Shown: one piece after another, positions 12,041 to 23,580 of the stretch
How positions within the stretch are numbered: the stretch's first letter is position 1
How the letters are laid out: every line of letters begins with the position of its first letter
From: Heptranchias perlo
Lineage: Eukaryota
Direction of reading: 5' to 3'
NCBI RefSeq assembly: GCF_035084215.1
Contig: NC_090331.1
Coordinates: 33,604,001 to 33,668,000 of the forward strand
DNA: 64,000 bases
Translations under genes and position numbers: made by a program
Notes under the pieces: model-generated
Told to the model about the DNA's origin: nothing
Databases searched by the model: none
The model's input: only the letters and a program-made list of their open reading frames with translations

Positions 12041-13068
12041 TGATAATTACCCCAAAACTTGAACCCCAAAACTATGGTTCCATCCCATAAAATGTCAGCA
12101 TTGGCATACTGTATATTACAGTACTGATGTGCAAATTATAATTTGCAAATTAACCAACATTTATATTATTTTAGCAATATATAAAAATAAACAGACCTTT
12201 TATAGTAGAGCAAAAATGTTTGAAGTGAACAAAGGAATTTCTTGTGCAAATGTTTTATCCTAATTGGATTCATGACGTGCCCTGATACCTTCAAGTGGGA
12301 GACACATAAGGAAAACATGCTTTGCATTGGAAGTACTTCACCCTCTTTGGTACTGTTGACCTTAAAGGTAATAAGAGTCAGTCATGATAACCTCCAAATC
12401 AAAATGTGTTGGCCAATCCCTCTGATTCTATAATAAATCTCTTTCCAGGAGCATCCTTATTCAGGGCAGGTCACCAAAATCCATGATTTCAAGTGAAATC
12501 TTGAGTGCCAAATGGACATCTTCTGTAGCACACTCATTGGTGGTAATTTTAACCCCCAAGGACGGCTGGTTTGGGGGCGGGTGGGAGGTTAAAGTACCAG
12601 ATTTTTGGAGCGGGACTGCATCCCGGCTCCAACACGCTCACTTCCGGGTTTAACCCAGACACGTTAGGATGCGTGCACACAACAGAAGTCCCACTGGCAC
12701 CTAAAGCTGGCGGCTGATATTTAAAGGGCCAATTTAGGTACTTGAAAGACTTAAAGTAATTAACTTTTTGATGAATTCTGCAACAGAATCGAAATTATAC
12801 TTCTCCTGAATGTGTCTCCCATGGCTTCTGAAACATAGCATAGAAACGGAGGCGAGTTGCAGCCGAAGTTCATTTGACCCTTTAAACCAGTGATTGACGC
12901 ATTTCAATAAAAGGTGAGGTATTGCAGCTGGGCACTCAGTTCTCTCAGACAAACCTTTAGCTGGGAGTTCTTTGTGTTTAGGCTGAGATGTCTTTGTTGA
13001 GACTGAGAATTCTCGTGTTCACATAAATTTACCTACATTTTGGAGCCCCTCAAACTGATAACATCAGG

Positions 13069-15066
13069 ATGGGGCAGGGGGAGGCGCAATGGATCTATTC
13101 TACAGTACATCTGAGGAGGAGGCACATCACTCGGCATGACATGCAGCTCTGTGATCTGCAAGTGCACAAGACAGAGGTGCGCAACAAGAACCTGGAGAAG
13201 GGCAGAGAAGGGACCGAGGGGCTGAGGTCGCAGGAGGCACTACCCATGTGAGAGGGTCAATAGATAATAGAGGCTGAGCTTCCTGGACCTCTGTGATGAA
13301 CAGTGCCTACGTAGGGTCAGATTGAGTTGCCAGGAGGTCGCAGACATCTGCAGGCTCCTTCGTGAAGAGCTGCTCCCGACTGGGCCTGGTGGCCACGTAT
13401 TGCCTGTTGCAGTTAAAGTTACCACTGCCCTCAATTTCTTCACCTCCTGTGACATCTCCAGGGTGTCTCAGTCGTCTGCAAATAAATGGATATGACAGGT
13501 GACAGATGGCTTGTTTACCAGGGCATCTGACTACATCAATTTCCCCTGTGACAACATCAGCCAGACTGAGAGCGCAGTGGGTTTCAACTCTCTGGCTGGT
13601 CTACCGCGGGTGCAAAGCACAATTGATTGCAAACACGTAGCAATCCGAGGACCTCCACGTGCCAGGACTGTTCATAAACCTAAAGGGATAGCATTTTTTT
13701 ATTCGTTCATGGGATGTGGGTGTCGCTGGCAAGGCCAGCATTTATTGCCCATCCCTAATTGCCCTTGAGAAGGTGGTGGTGAGCCGCCTTCTTGAACCGC
13801 TGCAGTCCGTGTGGTGACGGTTCTCCCACAGTGCTGTTAGGAAGGGAGTTCCAGGATTTTGACCCAGCGACGATGAAGGAACGGCGATATATTTCCAAGT
13901 GGGGATGGTGTGTGACTTGGAGGGGAACGTGCAGGCGGTGGTGCTCCCATGTTCCTGCTGCCCTTGACCTTCTAGATGGTAGAGGTCGCGGGTTTGGGAG
14001 GTGCTGTCGAGGAAACCTTAGCGAGTTGCTGCAGTGCATCCTGTGGATGGTACATACTGCAGCTATGGTGCACCGGTGGTGAAGGGAGTGAATGTTTAGG
14101 GTGGTGAATGGGGTGCCAATCAAGCGGGCTGTTTTATCCTGGATGGTGTCGAGCTTCTTAAGTGTTGCTGGAGCTGCACTCATCCAGGCAAGTGGAGAGT
14201 ATTCCATCACACTCCTGATTTGTGCCTTGTAGGTGGTGGAAAGGCTTTGGAGAGTCAGGAGGTGAGTCACTCACTGCAGAATACCCAGCCTCTGACCTGC
14301 TCTTGTAGCCACAGCATTTAAGTGGCTGGTCCAGTTAAGTTTCTGGTCAATGGTGACCCCCCAGGATGTTGATGGTGGGGGATTCGGCGATAGTAATGCC
14401 GTTGAATGTCAAGGGGAAGTGCTTAGACTCTCTCTTGTTGGAGATGGTCATTGCCTGGCACTTGTCTGGCCCAGCTGGTGTGTGACCACCGGATGAGATT
14501 TCTGCAGGTGTGTGCCAGGTTCCCCGGCAGCTGTCATGATTCCTTCATTTTGCGCCAGTCCAACATCCCAGACCTCTTCCACACACAAGACAGACCTAAG
14601 GGTTGGCTCCTTGGAGACAAGGGATATCCCCTGCAGGCATGGTTCATGACACCTGTGAGAAATCCCACCAACGATGCACAGCAGCAGTACAACCAGAGCC
14701 AAATCATCACCAGGTCTGTCATTGAACAGGCCGTGGGAATGCTGAAGATGGCGCTTCAAGTGCCTGGATTGATCTGGGGGAGCCCTTCAGTACTCGCCAG
14801 CGAGGGTTTGCAGAATAATCATTGTGTGTTGCGTCCTGCACAACATCGCTCAACAGAGATGGTTACAGATGGAGGAGCTGCAATGCGCTCATAAAGAATC
14901 CTAATCTGCTGGCAATATTGAAGAAGACAATGAGGAAGAGGAGGAGGAGGAGGAGGAAGACTATGAGGAGGAGGAAAATGAAGATGGGAACCTATTGCCA
15001 GAACAGCAGCGCACATTGCTGCCCGTGATGCCAGGGATTCCCTCATCACGAACAGGTTCTCATAAT
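13069..15066 (+). pseudogene. Harbinger (HARBI1-like) DDE transposase, frameshifted and split by a LINE
   Basis: LSFLDL.DEQCLRR, LPVAVKVTTALNFF, GLPRVQSTIDCKHVAI, [LINE], QLVCDHRMRFLQVCARFPGSCHDSFIL, WLLGDKGYPL, TRSVIEQAVGMLK, CCVLHN, then an acidic tail. The DDE triad is recognisable. Confidence 0.93.
13694..14470 (-). mobile_element. CR1/L2-group LINE 3' fragment (distinct family)
   Basis: YKAQIRSVMEYSPLAW...RRSFIVAGSKSWNSLP...FKKAAHHHLLKGN with an A-rich tail. Same family as 55154-56972 and 44585-44912. Confidence 0.9.
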
Positions 15067-15399
15067 GAGATCCGCAACATGAAGACTTTGAACTACTCAG
15101 ACCACCAGGCACAACCACCACCACCGCCAGCAGCCCCCCCTCCTCCGTTTGCACAAACCGGTCCTTCAACTATGCATACACCCATTGCACACGCTCCCAA
15201 TGGGTGGCATCATGTCTTGGCATTCATGATGAAGCACATGAAAGGGCAAATTCACAAAAGGGACTCAATAATGGGCAAGACATGGTAGTGGTGATGAGAA
15301 TTATAACATTTAATGTGACATAAACAAAAAATATATAAATTAACATGACATTTCGTCACTCACCCTTGTGCGTACACTTGGTGAATTACAATACCTTCG

Positions 15400-16955
15400 C
15401 CTTTCTCTTCCTAGCACTTCTAGGTGGTGCAAAGCGTGGGAGCGCTTTGAGTGGAGTCCCCACTTCCATGTCCCCTTTCGCCATCATCCTCTCCCTGGCC
15501 AGCAGGCTGGTGAGCGGATGTGATACATTCTAAGGCTATGGCTAATGTATCTGTCTGCCTGTTTAAGGCGTCAGAAATGTTGGCATCCTGAGTCCACAAG
15601 GCCGTGGTCATGGCCTGCATGGACTCATTAGAAAGCCATGCTGGAAGCTCAATGGAGGATATCATTCTCTCCATCGCAGACTTTCCCGCACTTACTGCGC
15701 CACCACTCCACCAGCGACGGAGTTGGACTCCTCTATCCTCTCCGCTATTGCGGAGAGTGTGCGTGGCACATCGTCCAGTACCTCGCTAAGGTGCAGCTGT
15801 ACCTCTATCATTCTCAATCTCAATGATGGCCATCAGGGTTCAGCATCTATGTCCAGCTGAGCAGAGCTCGGAGAGGAGTGCACCCCCTGGTACGGACTCT
15901 CTGCAGCTGCCCTTGCCACCAGTGTCTGTTCATGCTCACTTGTGAGTGTTGAATCACCAGGTGACAACTCAACTATCTGGCTATCAGGATCCATCAAAGT
16001 ATGCTGGTGCATGGCTGTATTTCATGTGACGCTACACCCTCAGAAGGATTGAACCCCTCTGAGGAATGGCCTTCTTCCATAGTGGCCGATTCTCCTTGAA
16101 TCCGTGAATGCCCTGGAAGACAACATAAACCAATATTAATTATTCATCGGAAAAGTGACAGTCTTTCCAGTGACCATACTGAGGTGTGGAACAGGTCAAT
16201 CATTGATAACTTCAATCCATCATGTTTGTGAAGGATGTTAAAGTTCAGGTCACCAGCCATCTGGGGGTTGCCAGCCTCCACCTCCGACGGTCAGGCAGGC
16301 AACCGTCCGTTTGATGTCCATCGCCTCCTCCTCTGGATCTGTCAACGGTGCTATTTGTGGTGGTCTGCCTCAAGTTCTACTCCTCTCCCTTGAATTTTGC
16401 GCTCTCTTCTCCTACAAGGGGAGTGACTAAAGGTGATGTGTTCACCTGATGGATGCATTGCTTTGGGTCAGGCTGACAATGAAACCGATCCATCAGAGGG
16501 TGAGTATCAGACAGATTCATCACATTGCATCAGGATTGAGGTGAGTGGCAGTGGTGGGTGCACAAATGAAGAGGTGAGGAAGTGCATAGAGAGTGAAGGT
16601 AAGTTGATGATGAAACTTAAGTGGGTGTGAGAAGTGATGTGGTGCAGTAGGCTTGCCAACACAGGGTGAGAAGTCAGGGGGTGGGGGGGGTCTTTTCACA
16701 GGATGTGGGTGAATCAGCAATTGTACTCACTTTTCCTGACCTGGCTAGGTCATTAAATCGCTTTCTGCATTGAACCCAAGACCTGGGCACTGTGCTCCTG
16801 CTGCTCAGCTCATCTGCCACTTCTAACCATGCCGTGTTAGTGGCAGAAGCAGGTCTCTTCCTCATGTCAGCTGGGTACAGGGTACCTCTCCTGCTTCTCA
16901 CACCAGCCAGTGGCACCTCAAGGGAACCATGGCTGAACTGGGGTGCTGCCTGGAA
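15400..16955 (-). pseudogene. Harbinger Myb/SANT-like DNA-binding partner gene (NAIF1/MSANTD-like domain)
   Basis: Exon 1 reads AAPQFSHGSLEVPLAGVRSRRGTLYP...AWLEVADELSSRSTVPRSWVQCRKRFNDLARSGK with a GTGAGT donor. Exon 2 begins EKRAQNSRER after a TTGTAG acceptor near 16411. Exon 3 includes ORF 15420-15674. Confidence 0.85.
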
Positions 16956-16969
16956 AATATTTTTTTAAA

Positions 16970-17860
16970 CTGGAGGCAGAGGGCATGGCCCAGGTACTAA
17001 CTGAGTACTTTGTATCTGTCTTTACCAAAGAAGAAGATGCTGCCAGAGTCTCAGTAAAGGAAGGTGTAGTTGAGATACTGGATGGGCTAGAAATTGAAGA
17101 ATGAGGAGAGGCAACATAAAGTAAAGGACACAATTCTAAAAGGGGAATAGGAACAGAGGGATCTGGGGGTATATGTGCACAAATCGTTGAAGGTGGCAGG
17201 GCATGTTGAGAAAGCGGTTAAAAAAGCATACGGGATCCTGGGCTTTATAAATAGAGGCATAGAGTATAAAAGCAAGGAAGTCATGATAAACCTTTATAAA
17301 ACACTAGTTCGGCCACAACTGGAGTATTGTGTCCAGTTCTGGGCATCGCATTTTAGGAAGGATGTGAAGGCCTTAGAGAAAGGGTGCAGAAAAGATTTAC
17401 TAGAATGATTCCAGGGATGAGGAACTTTAGTTATGTGGATAGACTGGAGAAGCTGAGTTTTTTCTCCTTGGAACAGAGATGGTTGCGAGGAGATTTGATA
17501 GAGGTATTCAAAATCATGAAGGGTCTAGACAGAGTAGGTGGAGAGAAACTGTTCCCATTGGTGGAAGGGTCAAGAACCCAGGACATAGATTTAAGGTGAT
17601 TGTCAAAAGAACCAACGGTGACATGAAGAAAATCTTTTTTACACAGTGAGCGATTAGGATCTGGAATGCACTGCCCGAGGGGATGGTGGAGGCAGATTCA
17701 ATCATGGCCTTCAAAAGAGAACTTGGAAGGAAAGAATTGACAGGGCTACGGGGATAGGGCGAGGGAGTGAGACTAGCTGGATTGCTCTTGCATCGAGCCA
17801 GCACAGACTCGATGGGCTAAATGGCCTCCTTCCGTGCTGTAACCTTTCTATGATTCTATG
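16970..17860 (+). mobile_element. CR1 LINE with internal deletion, inserted in the Harbinger Myb gene
   Basis: EYFVSVFTKEEDA...EILDGL joined to KNEERQ...HKSLKVAG...LVRPQLEYCVQFW; tail TTCTATGATTCTATG. Confidence 0.95.
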
Positions 17861-20054
17861 AATTCTCTGATTCTACCCTTCGTTGGTGGCCACGGCGGCT
17901 GCTGAAGAATCTGAGCGAAGCAGGCTCGAAGCCTCGCCTGCTCATCGGCAACAAATTTCTTGATCGGGTCCTTCAACGGGCATTAGGCCCCTCAATTACA
18001 TACTTAGGGGGACGAACGCCTGTTTTAGGCATTAACCTGGGAAAGAAAGGACCCCATGACTTTAGCAGCGGGGCCAATGCCTACGCAGATTAGGCGCAAG
18101 TCTTCCCACTGCTAAATTGGTATGCTTTGCACCCATTTTTTGCATGAAAAGCGGGCACAACACTTAGCAATTTCTACTCCAATGTGTCCAGGCAATAGAA
18201 AGAAACCCATTTTATTAAGAATTGGCAACTATTTCCTTTCATTTTAATTCCAGTGAAAACTAAGCAAAATAAACTATGAACTATTTCTTGTGAAGGCCAA
18301 TTTCTTTTAAAATTTCAAGCTCATGTTCTAAATGTTTATATTTTCATCAATAACGTTGAAAGATTTTGTAATCATCAGCTTAATAGAAGGAGGTGTGATT
18401 GAAATTTATTATAAGGTGAGGTTATCTTGATCAGTTTAATGGGATCCACAAAGCTTGTGCCATTTTTTTCGTCAAAAAATGATCTGCTAATGTCATGTTT
18501 GCCAGGGATTTGGTTGAACAGGATTACGCTTCAGTTTTTAAAAAAAAAAAATAACGACACCTCGTCACGGTATTCTTTGGATTTCAACTGATATATTTGA
18601 AGATTGATTTCTTAAATAGAAAAATATACTTTGTTCCTTAATCAAGTAGTTGACATCATCTGTAAAACTGCTTTAATATGAATTAATGGTCGTTTGTTTC
18701 TTGGTGGAGGGGGGAGAAAAACGCAGATAAAAAGCTAAGCTTATCGTACATGGAATTTTTACACCTAGGGCTGCCTGAATGTATGATTGATGAAAATTGA
18801 ATATAGTGATAAATGGGTAAGTCATTTTGTTCACCACACTTAATTACCAGAACAAAAAACTTTTCCACACCTCACTTGTTTTTCAATGGAATATGGGCAA
18901 CAATGACGTTATATTTTGCTTTTTGTGCTTTTGTACATTATTTATAATTATATTCTTCTTAATCCCAATCTCAGAGCACAAATATAAAGCACAAATCTTT
19001 TGCTGCACTTTGGATTTCAATTACAGTCTCAGCAACCAAACCTCATCTAGGACATATGAGGGCAAAACTTCCAATCGGTGAAGTCCACAAATAAAATGCT
19101 TAATGCAATCCTACTACATTCCCGTATGTGATATTCAGGTATTAATCCATTTATTTTACCTGGAGTTACTTGGATCTGGGGACTGAGTAGCTGAGGACAG
19201 AACTAAAAGTCAAGAGGCGGTGAGATTGCGCTGTGCTCTGAATGAAGCCAGATTGTTGCTGAAATAAAGTTGGGAGCTTATACGTGTTCTAGTTTTCTTT
19301 CTTGTGACTATTAACTTTAAAACAAATAACTCACCAAAGGCGTGGAAAAGAAAGAATCATTTCAGTTTATATTGCAGTCACAGACAAGCTTCCAAAGACT
19401 CTCCTATTGTAGTTATTACCCATTATGTTCCAAAGAACCCCCAAGCAGTAGCCATATCAATAGGCTAAATGCTGCCTTCTAATTCACTTTATAACAGTTC
19501 AATCTGATTTTATCCCTTTGGGCACTGGGATTTCAGAAGTAAATAAATTTGGGTTGAATAGATTCCCAACTTTCTTTATTGCAAAAGCAGAGAGTGAGAT
19601 TTTGCCAGGTATAAAGATGACAGTCTTCTAATTGCCATAGATCATAAACTGATGTGGAGCATGCTCAGAGCCTGGTAAATATCAGCAGGAAGTCTCAGTT
19701 GAGCACTGGTACCACACTGGCGACCAAGTAGAACTGGAGCCCCAGGGGGAAGGTCTATTCAGACTAAAGTTGTTACAGGATTTCTAAAACAAAATAGGTA
19801 TGTTTATCATTATGATTTATTTGAGAAATATTTATTTTTTATAGGTTTATTATGTTATGAATTTAATTTTTAGACATATATAATCAATAGCTTGAAAAAC
19901 AGCAATGACCACTGCAAGAAACAACATTTTTTGAGAGATATGGTTGATTTTGTGGTACATGCTGGTGTATGAATGGCAGTTTTGCAAAAAGTTCAATGAT
20001 TATAAGTTACTTATTGTTCATTGGTATTTTTTGCTATTCATCACAAATCAGTAA

Positions 20055-21620
20055 ATGATAGTTTTGCTCATTCACTTAGTCTATCTAAGTCCCATTGTAA
20101 TTTCATGCGCCCATCTACACAACTCACTGTGCCTCCTAACGTAGTGTCATCTGCAAACATGGATATAGGAACTCTCTATTCCTTCATCCAAGTCATTAAT
20201 ATATATGGTGAAAAGCTGAGCCTCAGTAGAGACCTGGGGGACACCATTTGTCACGGCCCATCAAACAGAGAATATTCCCTTTATTCTCTATCTCCTACCA
20301 CCCAACCAATTATCAATTCATGTCACAAATACCTCTAATTCTGTGTGCTTTCATTTTTGAAGATCATCTCTTGTGTGAAACCTTATAAAAGTACCTCCTG
20401 AAAGTCCATATAGACGACATCCATAGGCACTCCCCTATCCACCACCTTAGTAACCTCCTCAAAAAATTCAACTGGATTAGTCAGACATAACCTATCCTTC
20501 ACAAATCCACTCTGACTCTCTTTGATCAGCTCAAACTTGTCCCAGTTGTCCTCTGGCCCTGATTTTAACTGCCCCCACTAGGTGGAAACCAGACAGGGCA
20601 GCAGTTAAAATAACAGGTGTCAAGTACCTCCATCAATCCTGCTTCCTTCCCGGCATGTCCCCATATTAACCTGCTCTTTTGAACAGATGAGCAGAACACC
20701 CACTGGAAAGAAGCGAGGTCCTGTTTTAAATATGCAGATCGGGTCCGATGATGTCAGAGGCCTGTGCGGGGAGGCAGCGTCGGCAAAACCTGCCGGGAGC
20801 TGGATCCTGGGCCCAGAAGAGGCCCAGCTGGTAAGTTTAAAATTTATTTTTCAGGTTTTCTTGTGGGCCAAGAGGGACAGGAGTGCTCCTCTGGGCCACA
20901 CAAGGAAGCCTTGGGCCTCCCCACCTCTCCCCCCAATCACAGCAAGAGACCCCCCCCTCCCTCTCGTGGCTCCATTCACAACACGTTCCACCCCACCGCG
21001 ATCGCGGCCCCAACCTCTCAGCCTCCCTCCTCCCTCCTCCTCCCAATTGCAGCCCCAAGCTTTCCCCTCACTAACTGATGGGGACCGTCCCCATGGCTCC
21101 CCGATAGCAGCCTCCTGCTGCTTGTTTGTGTTCCTGCCTGCCGGCCAGGCTGTCAATCTGGCCGGCTGTAGGGTGGGAGACAGTAGCATTTTATGTAAAT
21201 GAGGCCATGCCGTTAATCTCCATGTCCCCGGCCTTGCCGTTCTTTCGACGCGCTACAGCGCACCTCCGCACCCTACCCCCTCCCCATTAATATTGGGGCC
21301 TCTGTCTTTGATGATAGATTCCAGTAATGTTCTTATAACTAATGTTAAACTGACAGGTCCATAGTTACCTGGTTTTTCACTCCCTTCTTTCTTAAATAAT
21401 GGAGTGACATTTGCTGTTTTTGAATCCAAAGGCACAATTCCTGAATCTAGAGAGGTTTGGAAAATTATGATTAACGCATCTAAAATTTTCTCACTTTTTT
21501 AGTACTCTCAGGTGGAAACCATCAGGTCTTGGAGATTTGTTCATCTTAAGTCTAATTATTTTCTCTATTACCAATTCTTTACTTATATTAAATCTACAAA
21601 GTTCCTTTCCTTGACTTATT
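20055..21620 (-). mobile_element. Old CR1 RT fragment, split by a MITE
   Basis: KTANVTPLFKK...PGNYGPVSLT, plus MDVVYMDF and FADD motifs on the minus strand. Confidence 0.8.
20555..21300 (+). mobile_element. Non-autonomous Harbinger-type element
   Basis: TIRs GGCCCTGATTTTAA / TTAATATTGGGGCC with TSD TCT. The core is shared with 39526-39951, 59247-59910 and 44023-44300. Confidence 0.85.
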
Positions 21621-22611
21621 TTAGTTTCCCTTTTCCTTTTACTTCAATGAAACTGAATATCGTTCAGGGTGTGTAACAGGCGGCAGATGCGATGCCATCT
21701 GTTTTACACGACCGCCCAAGGTGAGATTCTACTCCTTTTATGGACAGCCAAAACATTACTCTGAGTCAAGATCTCCCTGAACTCATTGAAATATGCATTC
21801 ATTGAACCGATACCTTTGGATAATGAGTTTCTGTCTGGATCTAGAGAGTTAACCTGGGACAAAACACCCTTTTCTATGGAGGACAGGGGGAAAGAAAATG
21901 ACATCTGTCACCATTCTGTCATGTGGACATTACAGAGAGAACTGAACCATGTTGTTAATCATGTATAAGTGGTACTTGGTGTTTATAGATGCATAAAAGC
22001 AACATGAAACCCCAGCAATTTTGTTATCTGCAAATTGGCAATTTCAAGATCAACCAATTTTAATGATAGTACAGAAATACTAATTTGTGAGGGAAAAACA
22101 ACATTTGAAATCTTAATAATGGTATTAATGAAAACTCTGCACCTGGTTGCTATTTCTGGAATTCTGCAGTTCACAAATAACCCACATCTGAAGGGGGCTT
22201 TGAAGATTAAGTTGCAATGAGGTTTTTAATTATGTGATAATCTTAATAAAATAATATCTAATCAGTTGTATTGTTTCACATTGGAGATGAAAACTGAACA
22301 CTTGATAGTTTTGCCTTGTATTATGGAATGTGTCAGGAACCACCTGTTGAGATTACTTTATAAACTTTATAACATAGAGCTTTAGGTTTTCCACGACCTC
22401 CCCCGCCCACTGATTTTTCAGTGGATCTGGGTTGGACTGGAATGGAATGACGTTCCACCACATCTCTTCCAGGTGCCTGGACCCTGAGGCAATAGTATAT
22501 ATGAGTGAGTGTATGCTAATGATATGCAACTTGGCAAAATATATCTTCCGACATGTTTCCCGCAACTTTTGTCATTTGACCACTGGGAGCAAGGGTTACT
22601 TATCTGACATT

Positions 22612-22790
22612 CATAGGAACATAGGAACAGAAGTAGGCCATTCAGCCCCTCGTGCCTGCTCCACCATTTGATAAGATCATGGCTGATCTGTGATCTAGCT
22701 CCATATACCTGCCTTTGGCCCATATCCCTTAATATCTTTGGTTGCCAAAAAGCTATCTATCTCAGATTTAAATTTAACAATTGAGCTGTA
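22612..22790 (-). mobile_element. CR1 3' tail
   Basis: CATAGGAACATAGGAACAG tail; near-identical to 3531-3683. Confidence 0.85.
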
Positions 22791-22799
22791 ATTTCCTCC

Positions 22800-23580
22800 A
22801 GCTAAACATTGGGAAGGCTGAAGCGATTGTTTTCAGGCCTTGCCAACAATACTATCCCCCTTCCCAGCCACTGTCTCAGATTTAACCAGATTGTTTGCAA
22901 CCTCATCATTTTGTTTTGATTATGAGTTGAACTTCTGACTCATATCATCTCCATCACAAAGACTGCCTACTTCCACTAACATAACATCACCCACCTCAGC
23001 CCCAATCTCAAGCCCATTTGCAGCTAAAACCCTGATACATGCCTTTGTCACTTCCTGACTCGATTACTCCAATACTCTCCTGGCCAGGTCACATCCTCCA
23101 GCGTCCTTGAACCTCAACTCATTCAAAACTCTGCTACCCATGTCCTATCCCATCCAAAACTCCACTCAGCCATCACCCCTGTCCTTGCTGACCTACTTTG
23201 GCTCCCAAATTCTCAACCTTGTGTTTAAATCCCTCATCATCCTTCCTATCTCTGTAACGCCCTCCTGTGCTACAAATGCCTCCCAAACTCTTTGTTCCTC
23301 TGACGAGGCTGTTGTGCATTCCCCCTCCTTTTATCCCATGATTGCCAGCCTTGCCTTCAACCGGCTAAACCCAATTTCCTTGATAAAACCCTCTGTCTCT
23401 ACACCTCCCTCTCCTTCTTCAAGGTTCTCCTTAAAACCTACCTCTTTAAACAAGCTTTTAGTCACCCATTCTAATTTCTCCTCCTTTAGCTTGATGACAT
23501 TTTTCTTCACTCCTCTGTGAAGTATCTTGGATGTTTTTTCTATGTTAAAGGTGTTATATGAATGCAACTTGTTGTTATTT
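22800..23580 (+). mobile_element. L2 LINE 3' fragment
   Basis: Decayed ITKTAYFH and LIHAFVTS.LDYSNTLLA motifs, and an L2 tail TGTGAAG...AAAGGTGTTATATGAATGCAA. Confidence 0.85.

Larger units (their letters stand above)
12539..18180. mobile_element. Decayed autonomous-type PIF/Harbinger transposon (transposase and Myb genes convergent), with two nested LINEs
   Basis: Degenerate TIRs GGTGGTAATTTT / AATTTCTACTCC with flanks ATT and AAT. Both Harbinger genes are present tail to tail. Confidence 0.85.

Noticed and set aside
13069-15066. Domesticated HARBI1 gene
   Set aside because: It is frameshifted, LINE-interrupted and bounded by TIR-like ends with a linked Myb gene, so it is a transposon relic.
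19641-19797. Coding exon (CCATAG acceptor, GTATGT donor)
   Set aside because: All three frames contain stops and the polypyrimidine tract is weak; at most it is a non-coding exon.
21786-21968. 60-aa ORF as a host exon
   Set aside because: No recognisable domain or convincing splice sites, and it follows a MITE-like fragment at about 21668-21720.
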